This document shows positions 42,878 to 52,962 of a stretch of 64,000 nt of DNA, piece by piece. The stretch comes from a virus (lineage: Duplodnaviria; Heunggongvirae; Uroviricota; Caudoviricetes). The position numbers were made by a program, and so were the translations under genes. The stretch is taken from IMG/VR virus record IMGVR_UViG_3300042564_004235. One strand, written 5' to 3'. Numbering within the stretch: position 1 is the stretch's first letter; the number at the start of each line of letters is the position of its first letter. The notes under the pieces were generated by a model. It did not search any database. It was not told the DNA's origin and was given only the letters and a program-made list of their open reading frames with translations.

Positions 42878-43198
42878 ATGACAGATAAAGACATCTCAAA
42901 ATTCGGAGAAATACAATACCTCAAAGGTAGATTAGATGAACTATTTAAAGCGTTACCGACAGTATTTGATGTAAGTAGAAGTAGAAAACTTGACCAAAGA
43001 GTGGAAAAGTATTTGATTAAACTTAGAAACGTTGATGAGGTTTCTTTTCATTTATATCAAGTGGAATTAAAAACCAGACACAAATCAAAAGAAAGATCCA
43101 AAAAAGAAATAAAAGAACTATTGGAGGAAGTGTCTAAATCAGAAAACATATCAGAAGAATTATTAGAAAAAATTAAAAAACAAATTGATAAATATTAA
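42878..43198 (+). CDS. hypothetical coiled-coil protein
   Basis: 106-aa K/E-rich ORF. Confidence 0.4.
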   Translation: MTDKDISKFGEIQYLKGRLDELFKALPTVFDVSRSRKLDQRVEKYLIKLRNVDEVSFHLYQVELKTRHKSKERSKKEIKELLEEVSKSENISEELLEKIKKQIDKY

Positions 43199-43605
43199 TG
43201 GAATTAATCTCAACACACCCAATTAAAAAATCAGATTTAGGATTTCATGGTAACCTATTTGGCGGATCTCTATTAAAATGGATTGATGGTTCCGCTGCGG
43301 GGTATGCCATGCAACTTTGTGATACACCAAGAATGGTGACTGTATCTATTGATAAATGTAATTTTGAAAAACCCGCAAGAGAAGGTCAGTTATTAAAAAT
43401 ATATGGCTATCCATCCGCTGTTGGTAATAGTTCTGTAACATTATATATGGAAGCAAGAGCTCATAATGTTTATACTGGTAAACAAGTGATTGTATTAAAA
43501 ACACAAATAAAGTTTGTGCACATAGACGAGGAGGGTAACCCAATTCCAATCGGAGAAAAAGGAAGAAGAAGAATTCAAACATTAATTGATGCCAATTCAA
43601 AATAA
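43198..43605 (+). CDS. hotdog-fold acyl-CoA thioesterase-like protein
   Basis: GNLFGGSLLKWIDGSAAGYAM ... VTVSIDKCNFEKPAREGQLLKIYG resembles the 4HBT/YbgC-type thioesterase core. Confidence 0.5.
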   Translation: MELISTHPIKKSDLGFHGNLFGGSLLKWIDGSAAGYAMQLCDTPRMVTVSIDKCNFEKPAREGQLLKIYGYPSAVGNSSVTLYMEARAHNVYTGKQVIVLKTQIKFVHIDEEGNPIPIGEKGRRRIQTLIDANSK

Positions 43606-43622
43606 TTTATTATCTTTGTATT

Positions 43623-44327
43623 ATGAAAATGAGAATCACATTTATATCGGATACACATAATAAACACAATCAAATAAATAGTTTTTTGACTGGTGGTGAT
43701 TTATTAATACATGCTGGAGATATATCTAGTAGAGGTTATGTACACGAAATAGAGAATTTTGCGAAGTGGTATGATAAAATAGATAACTACGACAGTAAAG
43801 TTTTTATATGTGGTAATCACGACTTTGGGTTTCAAGATGATGCTGAAAAAGTAAAAGGATTACTTACTGGTTATAAAAACATAGATTATCTTCAAGATGA
43901 TTGGATGGGTGTTGGTGAAGATATAGATAACATGGTTAAAATATGGGGTAGTCCATGGCAACCTGAGTTCCATAATTGGGCTTTTAATTTACCTCGTGGT
44001 GAAAAACTAATGGAGAAGTGGAACTTGATACCAAAAGACGTTGATATCTTGGTTACTCACGGACCCGCTTTTGGTAAATTAGATTTTGTTCCATATGACG
44101 GTTTAAATGTTGGTTGTGAAGATTTGTTATCTAAAATACAAGAAGTAAAACCTAAAATCCATGTTTGTGGTCACATCCACGAAGGTTATGGGTATGTGTT
44201 TGATGGTACAACTCACTTTATAAATGCTTCCGTTCTTAACGGACGATATGAATTCCGAAACAAACCATTAACTGTTGATTGGGATCCAAAAACAAACGAA
44301 TTAGAATTTGTTGATAACGCAGGTTAA
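43623..44327 (+). CDS. calcineurin-like metallophosphoesterase
   Basis: Motifs ISDTHNKH (DxH), GDISSRG (GDxxDRG), GNHD and GHIHEG (GHxH). Confidence 0.75.
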   Translation: MKMRITFISDTHNKHNQINSFLTGGDLLIHAGDISSRGYVHEIENFAKWYDKIDNYDSKVFICGNHDFGFQDDAEKVKGLLTGYKNIDYLQDDWMGVGEDIDNMVKIWGSPWQPEFHNWAFNLPRGEKLMEKWNLIPKDVDILVTHGPAFGKLDFVPYDGLNVGCEDLLSKIQEVKPKIHVCGHIHEGYGYVFDGTTHFINASVLNGRYEFRNKPLTVDWDPKTNELEFVDNAG

Positions 44328-45904
44328 TCTACCTGCGTTATTGATACTATTTCAGCACCAAACCCTTTATTTAGTAATGTGATTTCTATTTCGTTAGGAT
44401 AAAGAATATTATTCTTTATTGATTCATAAAAATCAATCATATGTTTTTGTACTTTCACAGTGATCAAATAACAATTATCACCATATGAACTATCTCTTAA
44501 TGGTCCGTAATGGTTATTTAATAAATGATTCTTTTTTACTGAGTAATGTGAACCTGGATATTGTGTATCTATTTCATCTTTACTTCCTGCAAAAACTAAT
44601 CTATATAAAGTAAGACTTTCAGGTAACATATCATAATAATCCGTTAAATTGTTTAATTCATAAAGGGCGTCGTCATTATCAAAACCCATCTCATATAAAT
44701 ATCCAAGTAAGTTGTCAGTGTTATCTTCGCTCAATCTAATATAACTTTCATCTAAAGTTTTTCTTTCTTCTGGTGTTGTATTTTTAGGTGAAAGAGGTGG
44801 ATCCAATAAGAACTTCTCATTTAACCAATATCTTAATTCATTTTCAACAAAAAACTCAGGAACTTCTTCATCATCAGGTTTTTCTGATGCGGTATCTGCA
44901 ATGTATCTTGCAAATTTAACTTTTAATTTATCATCTAACATCGTCATTAAACCATCCGATATAAAAAATATTTTAGATAAAGGATCGGTTGTGCCTAACT
45001 CACCCTCCACTAAATTAAAGATTTTCATAATGGTTTTACCCCACCATGTTTTATAACCGGTAGTTTCTTCTAACGTAGGCCTAAAAACTTTATTAAATGC
45101 TCTTAACAATGAACCTGTAAAACCAGCAATTGCTAACTGAGGAAAAAACCATGGCAATAACCTTAATGTTGCCTTATAACCACCCTCACCGACATGTAAA
45201 ATTAATCTATTGGTTTTGGCGTTTTCAACCAATTCTCTTAACTGACCGAATGTTATTTTTCCTTGAGCTTTACAAAACTTTTTTGCGTCACAAATATTTT
45301 TAATTGTTTTAGATGAAGGTTCAATGTCTTCTTTTAGAGTTACAAAACTTTCACCTAAATTATATTTTGATTTTTTTAATAGGTTTTTAATAAAAAATAC
45401 AATACCTCCTAATACAACACCACTTACCAATACTTGTAAATTATCGGTGGTTATATTTCTATCATTTATTATTGATCCAATGATCTTCATAACCGGATTC
45501 AATAAGAATGCAAATCCAAGTATTTCACTTAATGAATATGAAACACCTAAAACACCTTTAACGACTTCTCTTATTATGTCCGTTGAATTTTTAATTAAAT
45601 TTTTTACACCATCAAATGCCTTTGTTAAATTCATTTCTTTTAATCTATCAAACAACAATTCTTTATTTTTGTCATTAATTAAATGTGCAATTGATGTTAT
45701 AATTAAAAGGGAAATCTCTGTTTCATTAAATGAAAACCCTGATCCTGTAAGCAATCTTTCAACGGGACCTAAAAATGCTGCCATTCCTGTACCGAAGGTG
45801 AATAATATACCTGTGTTTATTTTAAGATCCTTTAAGGTGTCCTTAAATAAATTCTCATTTATTAAACTTTTATATTGTTCTTCTGTTATTATTATTTTCA
45901 TCAT
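44324..45904 (-). CDS. leader-family membrane protein (526 aa)
   Basis: N-terminus MMKIIITEEQYKSLINENL (leader variant). Several TM segments (ILFTFGTGMAAFLG, VVLGGIVFFIKNLL). Confidence 0.55.
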   Translation of the reverse strand: MMKIIITEEQYKSLINENLFKDTLKDLKINTGILFTFGTGMAAFLGPVERLLTGSGFSFNETEISLLIITSIAHLINDKNKELLFDRLKEMNLTKAFDGVKNLIKNSTDIIREVVKGVLGVSYSLSEILGFAFLLNPVMKIIGSIINDRNITTDNLQVLVSGVVLGGIVFFIKNLLKKSKYNLGESFVTLKEDIEPSSKTIKNICDAKKFCKAQGKITFGQLRELVENAKTNRLILHVGEGGYKATLRLLPWFFPQLAIAGFTGSLLRAFNKVFRPTLEETTGYKTWWGKTIMKIFNLVEGELGTTDPLSKIFFISDGLMTMLDDKLKVKFARYIADTASEKPDDEEVPEFFVENELRYWLNEKFLLDPPLSPKNTTPEERKTLDESYIRLSEDNTDNLLGYLYEMGFDNDDALYELNNLTDYYDMLPESLTLYRLVFAGSKDEIDTQYPGSHYSVKKNHLLNNHYGPLRDSSYGDNCYLITVKVQKHMIDFYESIKNNILYPNEIEITLLNKGFGAEIVSITQVD

Positions 45905-46291
45905 CTATTTTTTCAATGGTGATTTACGTTTAAGAACATCTGCGTCCTGTTTATACTTTTCATTAAACCATTTTAAAATCATATTATCATCTGGTATATA
46001 ATTTTGTATTTCATCATAAGTTCTACCATCAATCCATAAAGTTTTTGGTAGATCTTTGTATTTTGTAATTTCATCGTCATTATCATCAAAATCCCAAACT
46101 AAAGCTCTTCTTGCTTCAGAAACTCTAAAGTAATATTCCTTATTTTTAGGGTTGTAATATATGGTATTATATCCATACAAATTTGAACTAAAGTTGGATT
46201 TTCGTTTAAGGTTATTAAGTTCGGGCATTGCAGATTCAATAAAATCATTCATCACCTCTTCCTTTAATATTTTTCTAATTAAGTTTTTCAT
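45905..46291 (-). CDS. hypothetical protein (LIRKILKE N-terminal subfamily)
   Basis: MKNLIRKILKEEV, paralogous N-terminus to the next gene. Confidence 0.5.
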   Translation of the reverse strand: MKNLIRKILKEEVMNDFIESAMPELNNLKRKSNFSSNLYGYNTIYYNPKNKEYYFRVSEARRALVWDFDDNDDEITKYKDLPKTLWIDGRTYDEIQNYIPDDNMILKWFNEKYKQDADVLKRKSPLKK

Positions 46292-46773
46292 AAATAATAA
46301 TCTACAAGAGATTCAAAAGTTAAATTTAATAAATCATCCGATAACTTTTTAAGTGGTAAAAAATAGTCATCAACACTTTCATCATACATATTACCATCTT
46401 CATCATATTCATAAACACTAACCCGAACAGAACCGTCACCTACTAAAATCATATACTCTTCAAATGTGTGTCCGTCACCACTATCATAAGCGTCATCAGA
46501 ACCTAAATATATATCTCTTCCGAGTATATCGTAAAAATATATATAACCATCAGGATCATTAGCATTAACAAGTTCATTAATTAAATCTATTTTGTGACTT
46601 TTTTTAGAAAAGTAATCGGGAACTATTTCATTAAAAATATCAATATCACCAACCATTTTTATTGTTTCTAAAACACCAACGGTTGAAATATAACCCATTA
46701 AGGTTTCTTTAAGATTTGTTAGTTTTTTTTCTTCTTCCACCTCCTTTAATATTTTTCTAATTAGTCTTTGCAT
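46288..46773 (-). CDS. hypothetical acidic protein (LIRKILKE N-terminal subfamily)
   Basis: Likely start is MQRLIRKILKEVEEE (46773); the track start at 46815 is an upstream extension. Confidence 0.5.
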   Translation of the reverse strand: MQRLIRKILKEVEEEKKLTNLKETLMGYISTVGVLETIKMVGDIDIFNEIVPDYFSKKSHKIDLINELVNANDPDGYIYFYDILGRDIYLGSDDAYDSGDGHTFEEYMILVGDGSVRVSVYEYDEDGNMYDESVDDYFLPLKKLSDDLLNLTFESLVDYYL

Positions 46774-46826
46774 GATAATATTATAAATAGTTTGATTAAT
46801 TAAAAATATAATCATACTTTTGCATT

Positions 46827-48239
46827 ATGGAAATAACACCTAAAATAAGAAAATTGATATATGGCATGTTTGATGACATGATTGAAGGTGCCGATAAGTA
46901 TGTAACAAAATCATCAATGTGGTTAATATTCACAGAAGAAAAAAGATGGGTTATTGAATTTACAAACACAAAAACTCTTTGGTTTAATTATAATCTATTT
47001 CATTCTGAATTAAAATTACTTAGCATTGATTGTGTTGAGTCAAAAGATATAATTAAAGAATGGTTTGAATCAAGATTTTTAGAAAAAGACATTGAACATG
47101 TTACTGACACATCTAATGTACCGTATTCAATAGTTGAAAACGTAGTTCAAAATGGGGTGAAGGACGCCAAACAAAAAAATATGATTTACTACAGGCGAGT
47201 TGAAGATACCATTCAAAATGGGGTAAAGGACACCTCATATCAAAATGAGTTGGTACAACACTTAGTTGAAGACACCATTCAAAATGGAGTGAAAAATACT
47301 GAACCCGATGATTTTATGAATGACATGGGTGTTGAAAACGCAATTCAAAATGGGGTAAAGCACACCTTCTTTGATTTTATAAAAGGAAGGATGTTTGTTG
47401 AAGACGCCATTCAAAATGGAGTGAAAGAAATTATAGATAATCCATTTTCTATGACAACCAATGTTGAAAATGCCATTCAAAATGGGGTAAAGGAAATTGA
47501 CGGTGATTCAAGTCCGTTGGAGGATATCGTTGAAGACACCCTTCAAAATGGGGTAAAATATGTCAAGGACGTACTTGAATCCTTAAATCCTGATTTTGAA
47601 GATACCCTTAAAAATGGAGTGAAAGAAAGTTATCCGTATTATTTTGAGGGAGATATAAATGTTGAAGACACAATTCAAAATGGGGTAAAGGACACCCAAA
47701 CACGAATGTGGTATCCATTGGGTGCGGTTGACGAAACTATTCAAAATGGGGTAAAAGAAATCTCAGCTTGGGTTTTCCCAAGAAGTAGGGAAATTAAAAA
47801 TGCGATTGAATTTGGTGGTCAGCAACCACCGAATGTTGATAAGACAATTAAAAATGGGGTGAAAGATATTGGACACTTTGACATGGATGATAATATTATT
47901 GCTGAAGATGTTATAGAAAATGGGGTGAAAGAGGTGAAGTCGGTATACCTAAGGAGTTGTTTAGGGGTTGGAGACGCCATTCAAAATGGTGTAAAAGAGA
48001 CTATCGGTACGCTACGACGTACTCTTCTTGGGGTTGATGACATTATTCAAAATGGTGTAAAAGACACAGGTGCTAGACATCTCCGTATAAATCGTAAAGT
48101 TGATGATGTTATACAAAATGGTGTTAAAGAAGTTAAACATAAGATGGCTGAAAGTTATCAACAAAAAGATCATATGGTTACTAACGCTATAATTACTGAA
48201 GATATTAATTATGCTATTGAAAATGGTATTAAAGAATAA
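46827..48239 (+). CDS. tandem-repeat protein (about 19 copies of (E/V)(D/N)(T/A)IQNGVK(D/E))
   Basis: Periodic IQNGVKD motif every ~18-25 aa along 470 aa. DNA-level repeats attcaaaatggggtaaaggac. ATG follows the -7 box catacttttgcatt. Confidence 0.55.
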   Translation: MEITPKIRKLIYGMFDDMIEGADKYVTKSSMWLIFTEEKRWVIEFTNTKTLWFNYNLFHSELKLLSIDCVESKDIIKEWFESRFLEKDIEHVTDTSNVPYSIVENVVQNGVKDAKQKNMIYYRRVEDTIQNGVKDTSYQNELVQHLVEDTIQNGVKNTEPDDFMNDMGVENAIQNGVKHTFFDFIKGRMFVEDAIQNGVKEIIDNPFSMTTNVENAIQNGVKEIDGDSSPLEDIVEDTLQNGVKYVKDVLESLNPDFEDTLKNGVKESYPYYFEGDINVEDTIQNGVKDTQTRMWYPLGAVDETIQNGVKEISAWVFPRSREIKNAIEFGGQQPPNVDKTIKNGVKDIGHFDMDDNIIAEDVIENGVKEVKSVYLRSCLGVGDAIQNGVKETIGTLRRTLLGVDDIIQNGVKDTGARHLRINRKVDDVIQNGVKEVKHKMAESYQQKDHMVTNAIITEDINYAIENGIKE

Positions 48240-48260
48240 AAAAATTATTATATTTGCAAT

Positions 48261-48665
48261 ATGGAAAAAATGTTATATTTAGTTAGAGGAATACCAGGTT
48301 CAGGAAAATCAACATTTGCTAAAACGATAAGTCCTATTATTGTTGAGGCGGATCAATACTTTATTGATGGTGAAGGTAATTACAAGTTTGATGGGTCAAA
48401 AATAAAATTGGCTCATGAATATTGTAGAGCACAAACCGAAGCTTGGATGCAAACTAAAGGAGACCAAGTGAATGTTGATAAAATTGCAGTATCAAACACC
48501 TTTACACAGTTCTGGGAAATGGAACCATACTTTGAACTTGCAGAGAAATATGGGTATAAAACTTTCAGTATTGTGGTTGAAAACAGACATGGTAATAAAA
48601 GTATTCACAATGTCCCTGAAGATAAGGTGCAAATGATGAAAGACAGGTTTGAGATTAAGATTTAA
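48261..48665 (+). CDS. P-loop polynucleotide-kinase-like protein (T4 Pnk kinase-domain-like)
   Basis: Walker A YLVRGIPGSGKSTFAKT, close to the T4 Pnk GCPGSGKST context. 134 aa, kinase domain only. Confidence 0.55.
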   Translation: MEKMLYLVRGIPGSGKSTFAKTISPIIVEADQYFIDGEGNYKFDGSKIKLAHEYCRAQTEAWMQTKGDQVNVDKIAVSNTFTQFWEMEPYFELAEKYGYKTFSIVVENRHGNKSIHNVPEDKVQMMKDRFEIKI

Positions 48666-49245
48666 CAATAAACTTTTTGTAGTCAGTTGTTGAAGGTTTT
48701 TCATTTTTAAAGTAATACGTTTCAGTTTTACCGTTATATGTGATTTTTTTATAATACCCATCAGGTACAGTTGCACCAGATTTTAAAACAACTGAAGTTT
48801 TAGAAAACATACAAGTAACGGTTACTGTCACCGTATATTTTAAAGCCAATTCTCTTTCATATACCTCCAACAATCTCCAAGTAGTTCGGTTTAGGTCCTG
48901 ATGTTGTAGTGTACAATTTAAATAACTAAAGGTTTTCTTTAACATTATTTTATCACAATTAAAATCTGCCGCAGGGGCCATATGACCCTTGTCCCAAACA
49001 TTACTTTCATAATCTTTACTGTCTGATGTCTTAACAGAATCACAAGTAAAAAAATCCATACCTGATCTTGATGCGGAACCTGAAGGACACTGAACGGTGT
49101 ATGTTACTGAAAGTGGTTGTTCTAATTTTTCGGAGTAAACGACTTGAAATATGTCGGTTTTAATTGTGACATTATCTCTTAATACTTTTTGAGATAATAA
49201 AATAAAAGGTAAAATAAAAAATAATAGTAGTAAAAACTTTTTCAT
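48655..49245 (-). CDS. secreted DNA/RNA non-specific endonuclease (NucA family)
   Basis: Signal peptide MKKFLLLLFFILPFILLSQ. Active-site motif WDKGHMAPAADF (DRGH.AP-like). Confidence 0.6.
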   Translation of the reverse strand: MKKFLLLLFFILPFILLSQKVLRDNVTIKTDIFQVVYSEKLEQPLSVTYTVQCPSGSASRSGMDFFTCDSVKTSDSKDYESNVWDKGHMAPAADFNCDKIMLKKTFSYLNCTLQHQDLNRTTWRLLEVYERELALKYTVTVTVTCMFSKTSVVLKSGATVPDGYYKKITYNGKTETYYFKNEKPSTTDYKKFIVKS

Positions 49246-49272
49246 CTAAATAAATATTAGTATATTTGTATT

Positions 49273-49926
49273 ATGAGTTTTAGAAAATTATTAACAACAG
49301 GAAAAGTATATATAACATCCGATACCCATTTCGGACACAAAAATATTGTGCGAGGAGTAACCAATTGGAGAACACAAGATGGTGAAGTACCTATTGATTC
49401 AACAAGGGACTTTCAAACAATTGAACAGATGAACGAACGTTTGATTGATGGTATTAACCACTTTGTTGGTCAAGATGACACATTAATAATGTTAGGTGAC
49501 GTTTCATTTGGTGGGTTTGATAACATCGGTATCTTTCTTGAAAGATTGGTTTGTCACAACATCCATTTAATACTTGGAAATCACGATCATCACATAGATA
49601 GAAACCGTGACTTTGTTCAAGGAAGATTTTTAAGTGTTCAACACTATTTGGAAGTAAATATTGAAGGTCAGGACTTTGTGTTATGTCACTATCCTTTACA
49701 AAGTTGGAACGGACTTAACAAAGGTGTTATCCATTTGCACGGCCACGTACACCTTAGTCCTAATAGAAAATTTGGTAATGGAAAAAGACTTGACGTTGGT
49801 ATGGATGGAAATGGAATGGACCCATACAGTATTTCTGAAATAATAAAAATTATGGATAAAATACCTGTTGGTTCTGATATGTCAGGTGATCACCATTTGG
49901 ACGGATTAGTTGGTGTTGTAGGTTAA
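49273..49926 (+). CDS. calcineurin-like metallophosphoesterase (second copy)
   Basis: Motifs ITSDTHFGH, GDVSFGG, GNHDHH and GHVH. Confidence 0.7.
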   Translation: MSFRKLLTTGKVYITSDTHFGHKNIVRGVTNWRTQDGEVPIDSTRDFQTIEQMNERLIDGINHFVGQDDTLIMLGDVSFGGFDNIGIFLERLVCHNIHLILGNHDHHIDRNRDFVQGRFLSVQHYLEVNIEGQDFVLCHYPLQSWNGLNKGVIHLHGHVHLSPNRKFGNGKRLDVGMDGNGMDPYSISEIIKIMDKIPVGSDMSGDHHLDGLVGVVG

Positions 49927-49952
49927 ATCACAACACCAATATATTTATTATT

Positions 49953-51185
49953 ATGAAAATCATTTTAACAGAAAGTCAATTTAGAATATTACAGGAAGCT
50001 GTCGGTGTTCCTGAAGGAATATTACAAGCGGGTGAAGAATTATACAATTTAGTATCTGATGAATTAAAAACAATAGATACCACCGAAGAAAATTATAGTT
50101 TTAAAATTTATAGTGACTTAGTAATATCTGATGTAACGTTCACTAAAATAAATGTTGAAGTTTCTGTTGAAGAAGTTGAAGATTTCCCATATGAATATCC
50201 GGTGATTGCATCTATGGGTGTTGGTAATGAATTTAAATTTGACGAAGGTGTAATGTTGCAAGTTAACGCTAAAAGCCAAACAATAGAACTACACATAAAC
50301 TTTATATCTCCCGAAGGTTGGGAACCTGAAGAGTTATATGAAGAATTCACCAAAGATAAAGAACAAACAATATCTGTAATGTCACACGAAATAATGCATA
50401 GATTTCATAGACAAAAACAAGAACACGAACTTATTGGTGGAACTGCTGATTATAACGTTTATTCTTCAGGAACTTTAAGATTTGGAATACCTGTGATTAA
50501 TGAATTTATGAGGTATAGTTATTTTATACAACAATCAGAAAACATTGTAAGACCAACTGAGGTTGCCTCAAGAATGATCCAAAAAGGAATTAAAAAACAA
50601 GATTTTTATGATTTTATTGTAAATGATGAGGTTTTTACTGAACTTAAAAAAATACGTGAATTTTCATATGATTATTTAATGGAGCAGTTATACGAACAAA
50701 TGGATAGTATTGATGGATTAATTAGTCATGCGGGTGGAGATCCTGATACTATGAATGATGAAGAAAAAATTAAATCAGTTTTGGAACTTATTTATATTAA
50801 CTTAGTTAATGCTAAAGTGGATACATTTGATAATTTCTTTTATACACATTCTGAAAAAATGGCACAAATGTTCAGTGGATTTATGGGTCAATTATTTGGT
50901 AAAACACAAGAACCAAGTGGAGAAAAAGAAAAGGTTAGAAGAAAGTTTATTAATCACGTTTCAAAATATAAAGATAGAGAAATGGACTTCTTCGTGGATG
51001 AATGTGAAAGATTTAATTATGTCTCAACAAATTTAATGAAAAAAATATCAAAAATATATTCTCTCCTTCCTGATGAAAAAGAACAAACAAACGAATCTAT
51101 ATTAGATTGGGACTTACACCAAAAACTTATGGAAAAAAGATATGGTAAAAGACCAATAGAAACTTCCTACAAATTCAAAAAATAA
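49953..51185 (+). CDS. leader-family protein with HExxH zinc-metallopeptidase motif
   Basis: N-terminus MKIILTESQFRILQEAV (leader). VMSHEIMHRFH is a HExxH motif. Confidence 0.55.
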   Translation: MKIILTESQFRILQEAVGVPEGILQAGEELYNLVSDELKTIDTTEENYSFKIYSDLVISDVTFTKINVEVSVEEVEDFPYEYPVIASMGVGNEFKFDEGVMLQVNAKSQTIELHINFISPEGWEPEELYEEFTKDKEQTISVMSHEIMHRFHRQKQEHELIGGTADYNVYSSGTLRFGIPVINEFMRYSYFIQQSENIVRPTEVASRMIQKGIKKQDFYDFIVNDEVFTELKKIREFSYDYLMEQLYEQMDSIDGLISHAGGDPDTMNDEEKIKSVLELIYINLVNAKVDTFDNFFYTHSEKMAQMFSGFMGQLFGKTQEPSGEKEKVRRKFINHVSKYKDREMDFFVDECERFNYVSTNLMKKISKIYSLLPDEKEQTNESILDWDLHQKLMEKRYGKRPIETSYKFKK

Positions 51186-51221
51186 TTTGTTTAATCAAAT
51201 TTAATTTCCTACCTTTGTAAG

Positions 51222-51416
51222 GTGAAAAAACCTTGTAAAGAATGTCCACACTTTATTCGTAATCGTCACAACGATATGATTGTTGATTTTGCCGATAGAA
51301 CCGGTAAGAAACACAATTGTCATATGACGGAAGGAAAAAAAGATTTGTGGAATGTTAAAGATAAAAAATTAGAATGTTATGGAAGTAAAACAGACAGCAG
51401 TAGAATGGTTATATGA
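51222..51416 (+). CDS. hypothetical small protein
   Basis: 64-aa ORF; -7 box tacctttgtaagg precedes the ATG. Confidence 0.4.
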   Translation: MKKPCKECPHFIRNRHNDMIVDFADRTGKKHNCHMTEGKKDLWNVKDKKLECYGSKTDSSRMVI

Positions 51417-51897
51417 CCAAATAGAGAATGAAGGAAAATGTATCTATGAAGTAATTGAACAAGCAAAAAAAATGGATGATGAGTTTTTAGAAAAACTTAA
51501 AGATTTTGATGTTTGGAAAGAATGGAAAAATTCTAGTATGAAAACAAAAGAAACTAAATTTGGAACTTACGTTGAAACTGAAAGTGCAACAAAACTAACC
51601 GGTGATAAGATCACAAGGTTTGTTGAAAGATTGAAAAAAATTGGTATTGATGTGAAACTATCAGGGAACTTTCCTTGGGTTTATATTGATGAAATCTGCG
51701 GAATTAGAGTTACTGAAAAATTTGAGGCAAATCACGGATTTACTTTGATATTTCTTCCAGGAAGAAATGATAGTCCTGTATCTGAATTTACAGATATTAC
51801 AGAGATTTTCAAACTTATACGAAGATATTCAAGAGAAGCTAGACTAACACAAATGATGAAAGATGATGAAGAAAATGGATTATATGAAGAATTGTAA
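51379..51897 (+). CDS. hypothetical protein
   Basis: 172-aa ORF. Confidence 0.45.
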   Translation: MEVKQTAVEWLYDQIENEGKCIYEVIEQAKKMDDEFLEKLKDFDVWKEWKNSSMKTKETKFGTYVETESATKLTGDKITRFVERLKKIGIDVKLSGNFPWVYIDEICGIRVTEKFEANHGFTLIFLPGRNDSPVSEFTDITEIFKLIRRYSREARLTQMMKDDEENGLYEEL

Positions 51898-52297
51898 GCT
51901 CTTTTTAGATGACGTGCGTTCACCAAAGGACGCAATTGGATTGGTACCGGATAAACATAATAAGTTTTATTGGGAGAATGATTGGGATGTTGTAAGAAAC
52001 TATGATGAGTTCGTACAATACTTAGAAGTAAATGGTGCTCCTGAGTTTGTTTCATTTGATCACGACCTTGGAGATACTGCAATGGATGAATATTTTAGAA
52101 ATGTTGCAACCAAAGGAACTTTGGACTACGACAACATCAAAGAAAAAACTGGACTTGACTGTGCTAAATTTCTTGTTGAATACTGTGCGGATGAAAACCA
52201 ACCATTACCGGAATATTTGGTCCATTCGGCAAATCCTGTTGGTAAAAAAAATATTGAATTATTTTTGGAAAATGCAAAAAAACATTTATCTTTGTGA
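51863..52297 (+). CDS. hypothetical protein
   Basis: 144-aa ORF with FLDDVRSP...SFDHDLGD motif of unknown family. Confidence 0.45.
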   Translation: MMKKMDYMKNCKLFLDDVRSPKDAIGLVPDKHNKFYWENDWDVVRNYDEFVQYLEVNGAPEFVSFDHDLGDTAMDEYFRNVATKGTLDYDNIKEKTGLDCAKFLVEYCADENQPLPEYLVHSANPVGKKNIELFLENAKKHLSL

Positions 52298-52298
52298 T

Positions 52299-52709
52299 AT
52301 GGAAAAAGAATTTGTTATATACTCACTTGCATTAAGGATGAAAAAACTTGGGTATAATCGTCCTTGTTTTGCTTTTTATCAAGTAGAGAACTTTGAAGAA
52401 AAACCTTGTGGTGTTGATGATAGAGATGAGTATATTAGAACAGGTTTTGCCACTTGTAAGAACTCTGAAATTCCTGAACATTTTACATCGGCACCAACCT
52501 ACTCACAAGCATTTAGATGGTTTAGAGAGAAGTATCAGTTACAATCTGAAATTCTTTGGATAACTGATATGAACTGTTTTTGGTATAAAACAGGTAAGTT
52601 TAAATATAGTTCACGTGATTTATCAAAAAATGATTATAAAACTTACGAAGAAACAGAACTTGCTTGTCTTGAAAAGTTAATTGAAATTGTAGAACAAAAA
52701 GAGAAATAA
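52299..52709 (+). CDS. hypothetical protein
   Basis: ATG 52299 (MEKEFVIYSL) directly after the -7 box tatctttgtgat; the track ORF 52032.. is an upstream extension. Confidence 0.45.
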   Translation: MEKEFVIYSLALRMKKLGYNRPCFAFYQVENFEEKPCGVDDRDEYIRTGFATCKNSEIPEHFTSAPTYSQAFRWFREKYQLQSEILWITDMNCFWYKTGKFKYSSRDLSKNDYKTYEETELACLEKLIEIVEQKEK

Positions 52710-52710
52710 T

Positions 52711-52962
52711 ATGAAACTAATTAAATTAACATCCCATAAAGACGATAGTTTCATTTACATCAATATTAATGAAATTGGACATTTTTACGAAGTAAAGGAA
52801 AGTCAAATGTGGCATCAAGGAGAACCAATATCAAAAAAACATACAGTTGTTGGTGTAACGACACATAATAACGGAGGTTTCAAAGTTAAAGAAACGCCAG
52901 AAGAAATACTTGAAAAAATTAGAATGATACGTAATGCTTTATCAACATACATAATACTATGA
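52711..52962 (+). CDS. hypothetical small protein
   Basis: 83-aa ORF. Confidence 0.4.
   Translation: MKLIKLTSHKDDSFIYININEIGHFYEVKESQMWHQGEPISKKHTVVGVTTHNNGGFKVKETPEEILEKIRMIRNALSTYIIL

Noticed and set aside
45324-46001. Plus-strand ORF 45324..46001 (225 aa)
   Set aside because: Entirely antisense to the long minus-strand gene 44324..45904, which has the conserved leader and TM segments. Low-complexity S/N/F-rich translation.
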